Shown piece by piece: positions 57,401-64,000 of a stretch of DNA of 64,000 nt. Below the pieces are notes generated by a model. The model did no database searches. It worked only from the letters and a program-made list of their open reading frames with translations, and had not been told where the DNA came from. Source of the stretch: Burkholderiales bacterium (GTDB lineage Bacteria; Pseudomonadota; Gammaproteobacteria; Burkholderiales; SG8-41); the NCBI GenBank assembly GCA_030684405.1, contig JAUXYA010000024.1, forward strand, positions 82,657-146,656. Reading direction: 5' to 3'. A program made the position numbers and the translations under genes. Positions within the stretch are counted from its first letter, which is position 1. The number at the start of each line of letters is the position of its first letter.

Positions 57401-57889
57401 GGGGAAAACGCAGCGCTGGCCGCCGAACGCCTCGAAACCGAACAACGCGCGGCGGATGCCGCGCAGAGACGCTGCAACGACGAGTATGCGGCCGTCAATG
57501 CCGCCCGCGTTCGTGCCGAAGCGGAAGCTGCTGCAGCCACCGCGGCGCAGCAACGTGCGATCGCCGAGCGCGACGCGGCAGAACGCGCGTGGACAGCCGC
57601 CGCGCAAAACCGGACTTGCACCAGGGCGCTGCGCCGTGCAGGACGCAGAGCAGCGCTGGCAAAGGCATTGCGCCACCCGGCGCCGAGCTGGGCCATCGCC
57701 GCCTCATTTGCCGCCTGGGCCGTGTTCTCGGGCTGGGCGCCCGCCACGCTGCCTGCTGCCGCACCGCAGGCAGCAGCGGCATTGCAGATCGCCGCGATCT
57801 ATCCGGCAGGAGATGACACGGGCATCAGCCTGAAGTTCGACATGCTGGGCGCCAGCAACTCGCCACAGGCCGGCATCGCGCAGCCCTGA
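54473..57889 (+). CDS. Very large Ala/Glu/Arg/Gln-rich predicted alpha-helical protein with a single C-terminal hydrophobic segment
   Basis: This 3.4 kb frame stays open and is dominated by GCN/GAR/CGN codons (G in first position). The other long ORFs here read as Ser/Ala/Arg or Pro/Arg shadow frames. The start is TTG at 54473 or GTG at 54488. The C-terminus is [22 protein letters not shown]. Confidence 0.6.
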   Translation: MGDIPVNARAAIDSANAAPTESTDEGPGPQLRVIKEALARSQAEYHTRLEAESRIAWETRGHAQAEARLQAEINAREAAQARAAADEQAALEADQRRATEQEALTRAEARRAAEAAAAHEAAERLALEEQRASAARATLRREQEARRATLAKTELEAAAHRRAEEDSRLINELLAGLRTAEAARAAEHARSEAMTRARLAAETAAAAEARARAAAESRAEEEARARSDAETRARELAAERAETDARLRFLAETRIEADAACAAEAEARAKAEQAALSEAQARNTAEARARAAAEARSRIDQELAAAARAKAEEERLCMVETEARATLIERERAEIAARRNAQQREQQAIAARLAAEEEFRRITQERADAELAAQEQSEARVRAESRASQAARTRAGADAAAATAAEARHAAENEAARLAEARAELDRLTAEVTASRNEALARTAAAAEARLAAEAEARAEAEARAAMDIEAERAAQAAAHADRLAQQAALALQQAAVAAEGAARLRATEEHQATLAEEARERAERKAADEATARRVAEEQAHADAERRAALDAAARQEAEIRDQAEKAAQQAAHERIAAEQQARNSAELRARREAERCAAALVRADAERKASEQLATETRLDAAAAAAAREHAERLEAAAEALAEREAAERQATEAARARAARESELAATAQEKMRTEQALAKTLAARLENEAAANRAADERRRVEAGAAKAAADRAAAEKQCAQNALERSDADSLAAEQAREAAVAEAAAGRAAHERIAAEAAVLAATRQRQQAETDAADAAGRRVEAEQALTEQCAAAAAAARAATHKRQTGQQRTRAASIARRYAEQALAEAQSRLAAADLAAATAARRKEMAVQEQSRLAETARIAAEQAAADAETAQKLAGESRAAAAEQQAAAAARLAAERSAVAALRERAAADARRAAAAAELAAAAQARQAVLAEEAALLETLGARESAVVIATADANSARQARLLAEGENAALAAERLETEQRAADAAQRRCNDEYAAVNAARVRAEAEAAAATAAQQRAIAERDAAERAWTAAAQNRTCTRALRRAGRRAALAKALRHPAPSWAIAASFAAWAVFSGWAPATLPAAAPQAAAALQIAAIYPAGDDTGISLKFDMLGASNSPQAGIAQP

Positions 57890-57930
57890 GCGGCGGCCAC
57901 TGGCCGTCGATTCCGTTACACTCGGCGGCC

Positions 57931-58617
57931 ATGAATCCGCCGGAACAACGATCGATCCGCAGCTACGTGCTGCGTCAGGGGCGCGTGTCGAACGCGCAGA
58001 GACGCGCGCACGATACCCTGCTGCCCCGTTATGGACTTGAGTACCGGGATTCCCCGCTCGACCTTGATCAGGTTTTTGGCCGCAACGCGCCGCACATGCT
58101 CGAAATCGGCTGCGGAATGGGTGAAACAACGGTGGCGATCGCCGCAGCGCATCCCGACATCGATTATCTGGGCATCGAGGTGCATACCCCCGGCGTGGGC
58201 AGCCTGTTGAAACAGATCGAGGCTGCCGGACTTGCCAATCTGCGCGTGGTCCAGCATGACGCGGTCGCGGTACTGCAGCAGATGATCGCGCCCGACAGCC
58301 TCGACGCCATTCACATCTTCTTTCCGGATCCCTGGCCGAAAAAGCGCCACCACAAGCGGCGGCTGATCCAGCCACCCTTCGTCGGGCTTGCAGCGTCACG
58401 CCTCAAGCCCGGCGGCTACCTGCATGCGGCAACGGACTGGCACGAATACGCCGAACAGATGCTGGTCGTGTTCGGCTCCGAGCCGCTGCTCGAGAATACG
58501 GCCTTGACCTATGCACCGCGGCCGGCCTACCGGCCACAGACCAAATTCGAGACCCGCGGACTGAAACTGGGCCATGGCGTCTGGGATCTCGTGTTCCGGC
58601 GCAGCACGCAGACATGA
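57931..58617 (+). CDS. trmB: tRNA (guanine-N7)-methyltransferase
   Basis: It has LEIGCGMGE and [16 protein letters not shown]. Confidence 0.93.
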   Translation: MNPPEQRSIRSYVLRQGRVSNAQRRAHDTLLPRYGLEYRDSPLDLDQVFGRNAPHMLEIGCGMGETTVAIAAAHPDIDYLGIEVHTPGVGSLLKQIEAAGLANLRVVQHDAVAVLQQMIAPDSLDAIHIFFPDPWPKKRHHKRRLIQPPFVGLAASRLKPGGYLHAATDWHEYAEQMLVVFGSEPLLENTALTYAPRPAYRPQTKFETRGLKLGHGVWDLVFRRSTQT

Positions 58618-58620
58618 AAA

Positions 58621-58642
58621 ACGGCGGCCCGCGGGCCGCCAT
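58621..58642. terminator. GC-rich hairpin between convergent trmB and the Bug-family gene (followed by a T-run on the minus strand)
   Basis: aaaaacGGCGGCCCGCGGGCCGCCatg forms a palindromic stem. Read on the minus strand, TTTTT follows the stem. Confidence 0.55.
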
Positions 58643-58660
58643 GTGCTGAAGCAGTCGCGC

Positions 58661-59638
58661 TTACTGGATGCCGCCGATCTTTGCTTCGCGGATCACGTCA
58701 CCCCAGGCCTTGCGCTCGGACTTGATGAAAGCGCCGAATTCTTCAGGCGAACTGTAGACGGCTTCGATCGCCATGGTGCCGAGGTTCTTTTTGACTTCGG
58801 CATCGTTAAGGGCAATCTTCAGGTCGGCGGACACCTTGTCGACCACCGAGCGCTGCACCCCGGCCGGGAACATGATGCCCCACCAGTTGGCGGCGTCGAA
58901 GCCTTTCAGACCCTGCTCGGCCAGCGTCGGCAAATCGGGATTGAAGGGTGTGCGCTGGCCACTGGTCACCGCCAGCGCCTTCAGCTTGCCAGCCTTGATG
59001 TTGCCCATCACCGGCGGCGCGTCAGAAAACATCAGCATGATGTGGCCGCCCTGCACCGCGGCGATCGAATACACGCCACCCTGGAAGGGCACTGTAACGA
59101 TATCGACCTGGGCAGCCCGCTTGAACATTTCACCGACCAAATGCGACATGCTGCCGGGACCGCTGGTGGCATAGGTCAGCACGCCGGGCTGCTTCTTCGC
59201 GAGGGCAATGACATCCTTGACGTTTCTCACCGGCAGCGTGTTAGGGGTCACCAGGATGTTTGCGGCGCGCGTGATCTGTCCGACCGGCACAAAATCCTTG
59301 TCCACGTCGTACTTGACCTTGTTGAGCAGAGGATTCGCCAGCACCGGTCCAAAGTTTCCGAGCAGGAAGGTGTGCCCGTCCGGAGCCTGCTTCGCCGCGT
59401 ACTCCATGCCCACCGCACCGGCGGCGCCCGGCCGCGAATCCACCAGCACGTTCTGGCCCCACAGCTCGGTCAGTTTTTTCCCGATGATCCGCGCCATCAC
59501 ATCGGAACTGCCACCGGCGGGATAAGTCACCACGAATCGCACCGGTTTTGACGGATAGGCCTGCGCCTGCGCGGCCGTTCCCGCCAAGGTGGCGATGGCC
59601 GCTGCGGACGAGATCAAAATCTGTTTGATGCCGATCAT
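58661..59638 (-). CDS. Tripartite tricarboxylate transporter substrate-binding protein (Bug/TctC family)
   Basis: 325 aa with a signal peptide, and the sequence YPSKPVRFVVTYPAGGSSDVMARI typical of the Bug family. Confidence 0.9.
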   Translation of the reverse strand: MIGIKQILISSAAAIATLAGTAAQAQAYPSKPVRFVVTYPAGGSSDVMARIIGKKLTELWGQNVLVDSRPGAAGAVGMEYAAKQAPDGHTFLLGNFGPVLANPLLNKVKYDVDKDFVPVGQITRAANILVTPNTLPVRNVKDVIALAKKQPGVLTYATSGPGSMSHLVGEMFKRAAQVDIVTVPFQGGVYSIAAVQGGHIMLMFSDAPPVMGNIKAGKLKALAVTSGQRTPFNPDLPTLAEQGLKGFDAANWWGIMFPAGVQRSVVDKVSADLKIALNDAEVKKNLGTMAIEAVYSSPEEFGAFIKSERKAWGDVIREAKIGGIQ

Positions 59639-59795
59639 GAAAAAACCTCCTTTGGATGCTGCAGCTATATGGTTTAGTTATGATGTCCGCTTTGCCGCTC
59701 CGGAAGCACCGGCGGAGCAAACCGCAAACGCTTGCATTCTAGCCGGTGAAGGTGGAAACGCAACGCCCCCCTGACGATCGGTCGGGAATCACCCA

Positions 59796-61007
59796 CTACA
59801 GGAACCGGGCGATGTCGATACCCCAGTTTTCGGGGTTCTCGTGCTGCACGATGCGATCGCCGCCGCCACGACCAAGGGGCTTGGAAAGATCGACATCTTC
59901 GGCCGGAAGGTAATGGTTGTGCTTGACGCTGAAGATCACCCGCACCAGTGGTTTCAGCAGATTGCCCTCGCACTGCCCGATGACGACCGCCAGTCGTCCA
60001 CTTTCCAGGCGAACCAGGGAGCCGGTGGGATAGATGCCAATACAGCGAGTGAAGGCATGTACCAGCTCCGGGTTGAAGTGGAACTTGCTCCACTCGAATA
60101 TCTTGCGCATCGCCTCGGTCGGCTCCATGCCCTTGTGATAACAGCGGTCGGAGGTAATGGCGTCGTAAACGTCAACGATCGCCGCCATTTGGCCCATCTG
60201 CGAGATCTCGCCCGCTTTCAGGCCCAACGGATAACCGCTGCCGTCATGGCGCTCGTGGTGCTGTGCCGCGACCTGCACCGCGATCGCTGAAATGCCGGGC
60301 GTTGCCTCGAGAATGCGCCGACTTTCCACGACATGGCACTTGATCTGGCGGAACTCGTCGTCGGTCAGGCGACCGGGCTTGTTGAGTATTTCGTCAGAAA
60401 CTTTCGTCTTGCCGATGTCGTGCAGCAAGCCGCCGATCCCAGCTTCGTGGATGTCTGAGGGTGGTAGACCCAGCGCTCGCGCAAAAGCGGTCTGCAGTCC
60501 GCAAACACTGACCGAATGCTGGAACGTGTAGTCATCCTTGTTCTTGATCCGGCACAGGCTCAGCAGCGCGCCGCTGTTGCGCAGGATCGACTGGGTTATT
60601 TTCCCCACCACCGGCTCGACACGCTCGCTCTGGATCTGCCGGCCCAGCCGCACATCCTGCATCAGGTCGCGGATCAGCGCATTGGCCTCGCCCTGGATGC
60701 GTTGCGCGCTGGCCACCTCTTCCCGCATCGAGGTCTGGCGCTGACGCGGCGCAGCGGCTTCGGCAAAAGCCACCATTTCCCGGTCGAGTTCGCGCTCAAC
60801 CTCGACTGCGTCCTGACCGGGGCCATCAACCCCGCGCGCCGGATCGATGTAGACCTCGCGGATGCCAGCTTCGCGGATTTTCAGGATCTGCCCCTCGTTC
60901 GAGAGCGCGAACTGCCTGCGCAGGAAGGGATGATCCATCCAGTCGCAGTTCAGATCCTGTATGAACATGCCGACCCGCAGGTCTGACACGCCGATTTTTC
61001 TGAACAT
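59796..61007 (-). CDS. HD-GYP domain phosphodiesterase
   Basis: It has HDIGKTKV and HHERHDGSGYPLGL. Confidence 0.9.
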   Translation of the reverse strand: MFRKIGVSDLRVGMFIQDLNCDWMDHPFLRRQFALSNEGQILKIREAGIREVYIDPARGVDGPGQDAVEVERELDREMVAFAEAAAPRQRQTSMREEVASAQRIQGEANALIRDLMQDVRLGRQIQSERVEPVVGKITQSILRNSGALLSLCRIKNKDDYTFQHSVSVCGLQTAFARALGLPPSDIHEAGIGGLLHDIGKTKVSDEILNKPGRLTDDEFRQIKCHVVESRRILEATPGISAIAVQVAAQHHERHDGSGYPLGLKAGEISQMGQMAAIVDVYDAITSDRCYHKGMEPTEAMRKIFEWSKFHFNPELVHAFTRCIGIYPTGSLVRLESGRLAVVIGQCEGNLLKPLVRVIFSVKHNHYLPAEDVDLSKPLGRGGGDRIVQHENPENWGIDIARFL

Positions 61008-61092
61008 TTGCCGAATAACCCGGACGCATTGCCGGACATTCCGGCACGGTGTTAACGGCGCAAACGGCGAGAATATTGAGCCACGAAGCTCC

Positions 61093-62277
61093 TCACGGCA
61101 GGAACATTGCCAGCAGATCGTTCAGGAAACGGCGCCCGAGCGGAGTCGGCCGGACGCTTAGGTGGTCACGCATCAGCAGGCCGCGCGCCTCGGCCTGGTC
61201 AAGTACGGGCAGCACAGGGGTCAGGTCCAGCCCCGTCCTATCGGCAAACAGGGACAATTCGAAGCCATCGTTCAGCCGCAGGGCATTCATCATGAATTCA
61301 CCTGGCAGCTCCACAGCACTGAGCTCGCGCTGCTCGCTGAGCGCAGAACCGGCGGCAACCTGCGTCAGGTAGGCCTTCGGCTGCCTCGCACAGGAATAAC
61401 GCAATATATTGTTTTTAAATGATATTTTTCCATGCGCTCCAGCGCCGATACCGAGATAGTCGCCGAAGGTCCAGTAATTCAGGTTGTGCCGGGCCGGCAG
61501 GCCCGGACGGGCAAATGCGGAAATTTCATAATGCCCGTAACCGGCATCGGCGAGCCGCGTTTCCACCGCAGCCTGCATCGCTGCTGCCGCATCGTCGTCG
61601 GGCACAGCGGGCGGATAGCGGTGGAAATACGTGTTGGGTTCGATGGTCAGGTGATAGGCACTGACATGCTGGGGCGCCAGTGCAATCACCGCCGCAATGT
61701 CGGCTTCGGCTTCTTCCTGCGTCTGTCCGGGCAGGCCGTACATCAGGTCGAGGTTGACGTTGTCGAAAGTGGCCAGCGCCAATTCCGCGGCGCGGCGCGC
61801 TTCGCCGGCATCGTGGATGCGTCCGAGCGCATGCAGGTGGCGGTCGTTCAAGCTCTGGATACCCAGCGACAGGCGGTTCACGCCGGCGGCACGGAAACCC
61901 CTGAATTTTTCAGCTTCGACGGTGCCCGGATTCGCCTCGAGCGTAATCTCGGCATCCGCCGCCAGCGGCAAACGGGCCCGCACGCCAGACAGCAGCGCAT
62001 CCAGCGCGGATACTGACAGCAGGCTCGGCGTGCCGCCGCCAATGAACACCGTCAGCACCGGACGCCCCCAGACCTGAGGCAGTGTGAACTCCAGATCGGA
62101 GAGCAGCGCGGCCACGTATTCATCCTCGGGCAGCGTGCCGCGGGCTTCATGGGAATTGAAATCGCAGTACGGGCATTTGCGCACGCACCAGGGCACGTGA
62201 ATGTACAGCGACAACGGCGGCAGGACAGAAAACTGCAGCGGTGAGTGCGGAGTGATAAGTGATGAGCCTGAAGGCAC
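61093..62277 (-). CDS. hemW: Radical SAM family haem chaperone HemW (HemN-like)
   Basis: It has LSLYIHVPWCVRKCPYCDFNS. A GTG at 62277 lies just after the rdgB stop. The ORF track start at 62349 would overlap rdgB. Confidence 0.9.
   Translation of the reverse strand: MPSGSSLITPHSPLQFSVLPPLSLYIHVPWCVRKCPYCDFNSHEARGTLPEDEYVAALLSDLEFTLPQVWGRPVLTVFIGGGTPSLLSVSALDALLSGVRARLPLAADAEITLEANPGTVEAEKFRGFRAAGVNRLSLGIQSLNDRHLHALGRIHDAGEARRAAELALATFDNVNLDLMYGLPGQTQEEAEADIAAVIALAPQHVSAYHLTIEPNTYFHRYPPAVPDDDAAAAMQAAVETRLADAGYGHYEISAFARPGLPARHNLNYWTFGDYLGIGAGAHGKISFKNNILRYSCARQPKAYLTQVAAGSALSEQRELSAVELPGEFMMNALRLNDGFELSLFADRTGLDLTPVLPVLDQAEARGLLMRDHLSVRPTPLGRRFLNDLLAMFLP
61401..61423 (-). repeat. AT-rich 23-nt motif, copy 7 (minus strand: atcatttAAAAACAAtatattgc)
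   Basis: Lies inside hemW, where it encodes GKISFKNNILRY using the codons GGA, AAA, ATA, TCA, TTT, AAT, ATA and TTG. Confidence 0.75.
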
Positions 62278-62293
62278 GGCGCTGCCCGGAGTG

Positions 62294-62920
62294 TCAGTCC
62301 TGCGGGAGTTCACGAAGGCGCTGCACCAGCATGGCGAGGGCCCGGCCACGGTGGCTCAAGGCGTTTTTTTCTTCCGGCTCTAGCTCGGCACCGGTCCTGC
62401 CGAGTTCCGGAATCAGGAACAGCGGATCGTAGCCGAAGCCGCCGTTGCCGCGCGGTGCCTCGAGGATCTCGCCATGCCACTCTGCCTCGGCGATCAGCGG
62501 CTGCGGATCATCGGCATGGCGCACCACGACGATGACACAGCAGTAATGGGCGCCGCGGTCATCCGCATCGGCCAGCGCCTGCAGCAGCATCTCGTTGTTC
62601 AGGCGGTCCTGGGTTTCGCGATCGACTGCACCCGCTGCCCTGGCATAACGCGCTGAATGCACGCCGGGCTCGCCGCCCAGCGCGTGCACGCAGACGCCGG
62701 AATCGTCGGCCAGCGCCGGCAGGCCGGTGAGGCGGCTGGCATGCCGCGCCTTGGCCAGCGCGTTCTCGACGAAGGTGCCGTGCGGTTCCTCCGCCTCCGG
62801 CACACCGAGGGCGCCCTGCGGCAGGACCTCGATCCGCAGCGGCGCCAGGATCGCAGCGATCTCGCGCAGCTTGCCAGGATTGTTGGAGGCGATGACGAGT
62901 TTGTTCAAGGACAACACCAC
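62294..62920 (-). CDS. rdgB: dITP/XTP pyrophosphatase
   Basis: It has KLVIASNNPGKLRE and ADDSGVCVHALGGEPGVHSARYA. The true start is probably GTG at 62920 or TTG at 62908. The longer ORF N-terminus reads through a repeat element. Confidence 0.9.
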   Translation of the reverse strand: MVLSLNKLVIASNNPGKLREIAAILAPLRIEVLPQGALGVPEAEEPHGTFVENALAKARHASRLTGLPALADDSGVCVHALGGEPGVHSARYARAAGAVDRETQDRLNNEMLLQALADADDRGAHYCCVIVVVRHADDPQPLIAEAEWHGEILEAPRGNGGFGYDPLFLIPELGRTGAELEPEEKNALSHRGRALAMLVQRLRELPQD

Positions 62921-62957
62921 ATTTGGCTGCAAAGCATCCACAGAAAATCGAAACCAT

Positions 62958-63096
62958 TTAACAGGATGGACAGGATAGGCAGGATCAAAAAACGGACTGT
63001 TCAAGATCTCCGCGCTCAATGAGCGGCTTGGGTCTGAGGAGAATAAAACGCTTCAATTCATGGATCTTATCCTGACTATCCTGTCCATCCTGTTAA
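62958..63096. repeat. REP/MITE-like long hairpin (about 30-bp arms ttaacaggatggacaggataggcaggatc / gatcttatcctgactatcctgtccatcctgttaa)
   Basis: Imperfect inverted repeat with arms at 62958-62986 and 63063-63096, separated by ~76 nt, in the rdgB-rph spacer. Confidence 0.7.
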
Positions 63097-63126
63097 TTGA
63101 GGTTGTTTTTTCTTCGCTCTCTGTGG

Positions 63127-63858
63127 CTAGGATGTTTTTTCCGTTTTTTCCAGTGCCGCACGCTGCGCAGCGATCAGCTGCGCGATGCCGTTCTGCGCAA
63201 GGTCGAGCATCGCCTGCATCTCGGCGCGGCTGAACGGCGCACCTTCAGCGGTTCCCTGCACCTCGATGATGCCGCCGCTTTCGGTCATCACCACGTTCAT
63301 GTCGGTATCGCAGTCCGAGTCCTCGGCGTAATCCAGGTCAAGCACCGGCACGCCACGGTAAACCCCGACCGAAACCGCTGCGACAGCCTCGCGCAGCGGC
63401 GATGCAGTCAGGCGTTTTTCGCGCAGCAGGAAGGCGACGGCATCGGCCAGCGCAACATAGGCGCCGGTAATGCTCGCGGTGCGGGTGCCGCCGTCTGCCT
63501 GAATGACGTCACAGTCGAGCTGGATCGTGCGCGGCCCGAGGCGGTCGAGGTCGACCACCGCGCGCAACGAGCGCCCGATCAGGCGCTGGATTTCCTGGGT
63601 GCGACCGGATTGTTTGCCGCGCGCCGCCTCGCGGTCGGTGCGGGTATTGGTCGAGCGCGGCAGCATGCCGTATTCGGCGGTTACCCAGCCGCGCTCGGTG
63701 CCGCGCAGATGCGGCGGCTGCTTTTCCAGCACGCTCGCGGTGCACAGCACCCGGGTCGCGCCAGCCTCGATCAGCACGGAACCTTCGGCGTGACAGGTGT
63801 AATTGCGGGTGATGCGGATAGTGCGCAGTTCATCTGTTTTGCGCAAGCTGGGTCGCAC
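63127..63858 (-). CDS. rph: Ribonuclease PH
   Basis: It has [12 protein letters not shown]...[14 protein letters not shown] and [19 protein letters not shown]. The GTG at 63858 is preceded by the RBS GGGAGG. Confidence 0.95.
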   Translation of the reverse strand: MRPSLRKTDELRTIRITRNYTCHAEGSVLIEAGATRVLCTASVLEKQPPHLRGTERGWVTAEYGMLPRSTNTRTDREAARGKQSGRTQEIQRLIGRSLRAVVDLDRLGPRTIQLDCDVIQADGGTRTASITGAYVALADAVAFLLREKRLTASPLREAVAAVSVGVYRGVPVLDLDYAEDSDCDTDMNVVMTESGGIIEVQGTAEGAPFSRAEMQAMLDLAQNGIAQLIAAQRAALEKTEKTS

Positions 63859-64000
63859 GGAAACCTCCCGGTGTATGCCATGTTCAACAGCCTGCAATTA
63901 TAAAGCCCCGAACACGACCTGCGGCCCGACAAGCGGTAGCGTAACCAATTATGCCGTGTAAACCAATTCTAGATTCTGTGCCGTACGCCGTCAGCACGCA

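Noticed and set aside
54949-57747. Multiple 150-520-aa ORFs in other frames and on the minus strand within the Ala/Glu/Arg-rich gene.
   Set aside because: They read as Ser/Ala/Arg or Pro/Arg/Gly low-complexity strings, as expected from out-of-frame or antisense reading of GCN/GAR/CGN repeats. None spans the region, whereas the plus frame is open for 3.4 kb.
54473-57889. Possible CRISPR array or tandem DNA repeat in the repetitive region.
   Set aside because: I saw no regularly spaced identical repeats with unique spacers. The repetitiveness is at the amino-acid composition level and irregular at the DNA level. No cas genes are in the window.
62909-63019. An N-terminal extension of rdgB (MSAEILNSPFFDPAYPVHPVKWFRFSVDALQPN...).
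   Set aside because: It is translated from the repeat element arm and is not part of the conserved RdgB fold, which begins at KLVIASNN. An internal GTG or TTG start is more plausible.

Overview
This is a high-GC (about 65%) chromosomal segment whose synteny looks betaproteobacterial. Most of it is conserved housekeeping. On the minus strand at 0-7.8 kb sits mlaFEDCB-yadGH-ibaG-murA-hisG. On the plus strand at 30-38.3 kb sits kdsD-kdsC-lptC-lptA-lptB-rpoN-hpf-ptsN-hprK-rapZ. Further along are mutY, asmA, tRNA-Gly(CCC), thiSG, trmB, hemW, rdgB and rph. Several accessory or unusual pieces are embedded in this backbone. (1) A 15.4 kb module at 11.6-26.9 kb encodes a sigma-54 response regulator, an MSHA-like type IV pilus / T2SS-like assembly set and a multi-TM histidine kinase. 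Its pilin gene lies at 28.8 kb behind a near-consensus sigma-54 promoter. The module is bracketed by a 26-nt box in inverted orientation and appears to split an ABC-2 transporter (ATPase on the left, permease on the right). (2) A roughly 23-nt AT-rich motif (TATCAAT-AAAAACAA-nTAsTTAT) occurs at least seven times. Five copies are written into coding sequence using rare A/T-ending codons. (3) A low-GC islet next to the tRNA carries an OsmC-YcaO fusion gene. (4) A two-gene unit encodes a putative di-haem b membrane protein plus a ferredoxin-molybdopterin oxidoreductase fusion. (5) A 1138-codon Ala/Glu/Arg/Gln-rich gene encodes a protein predicted to be helical with one C-terminal hydrophobic segment. 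(6) An orphan MlaF paralogue has lost the H-loop histidine. (7) A truncated CPA2 antiporter remnant has a start codon that overlaps the kdsD start. I saw no rRNA, CRISPR array, transposase or integrase. All calls rest on reading the sequence and ORF translations by eye; no database search was run.
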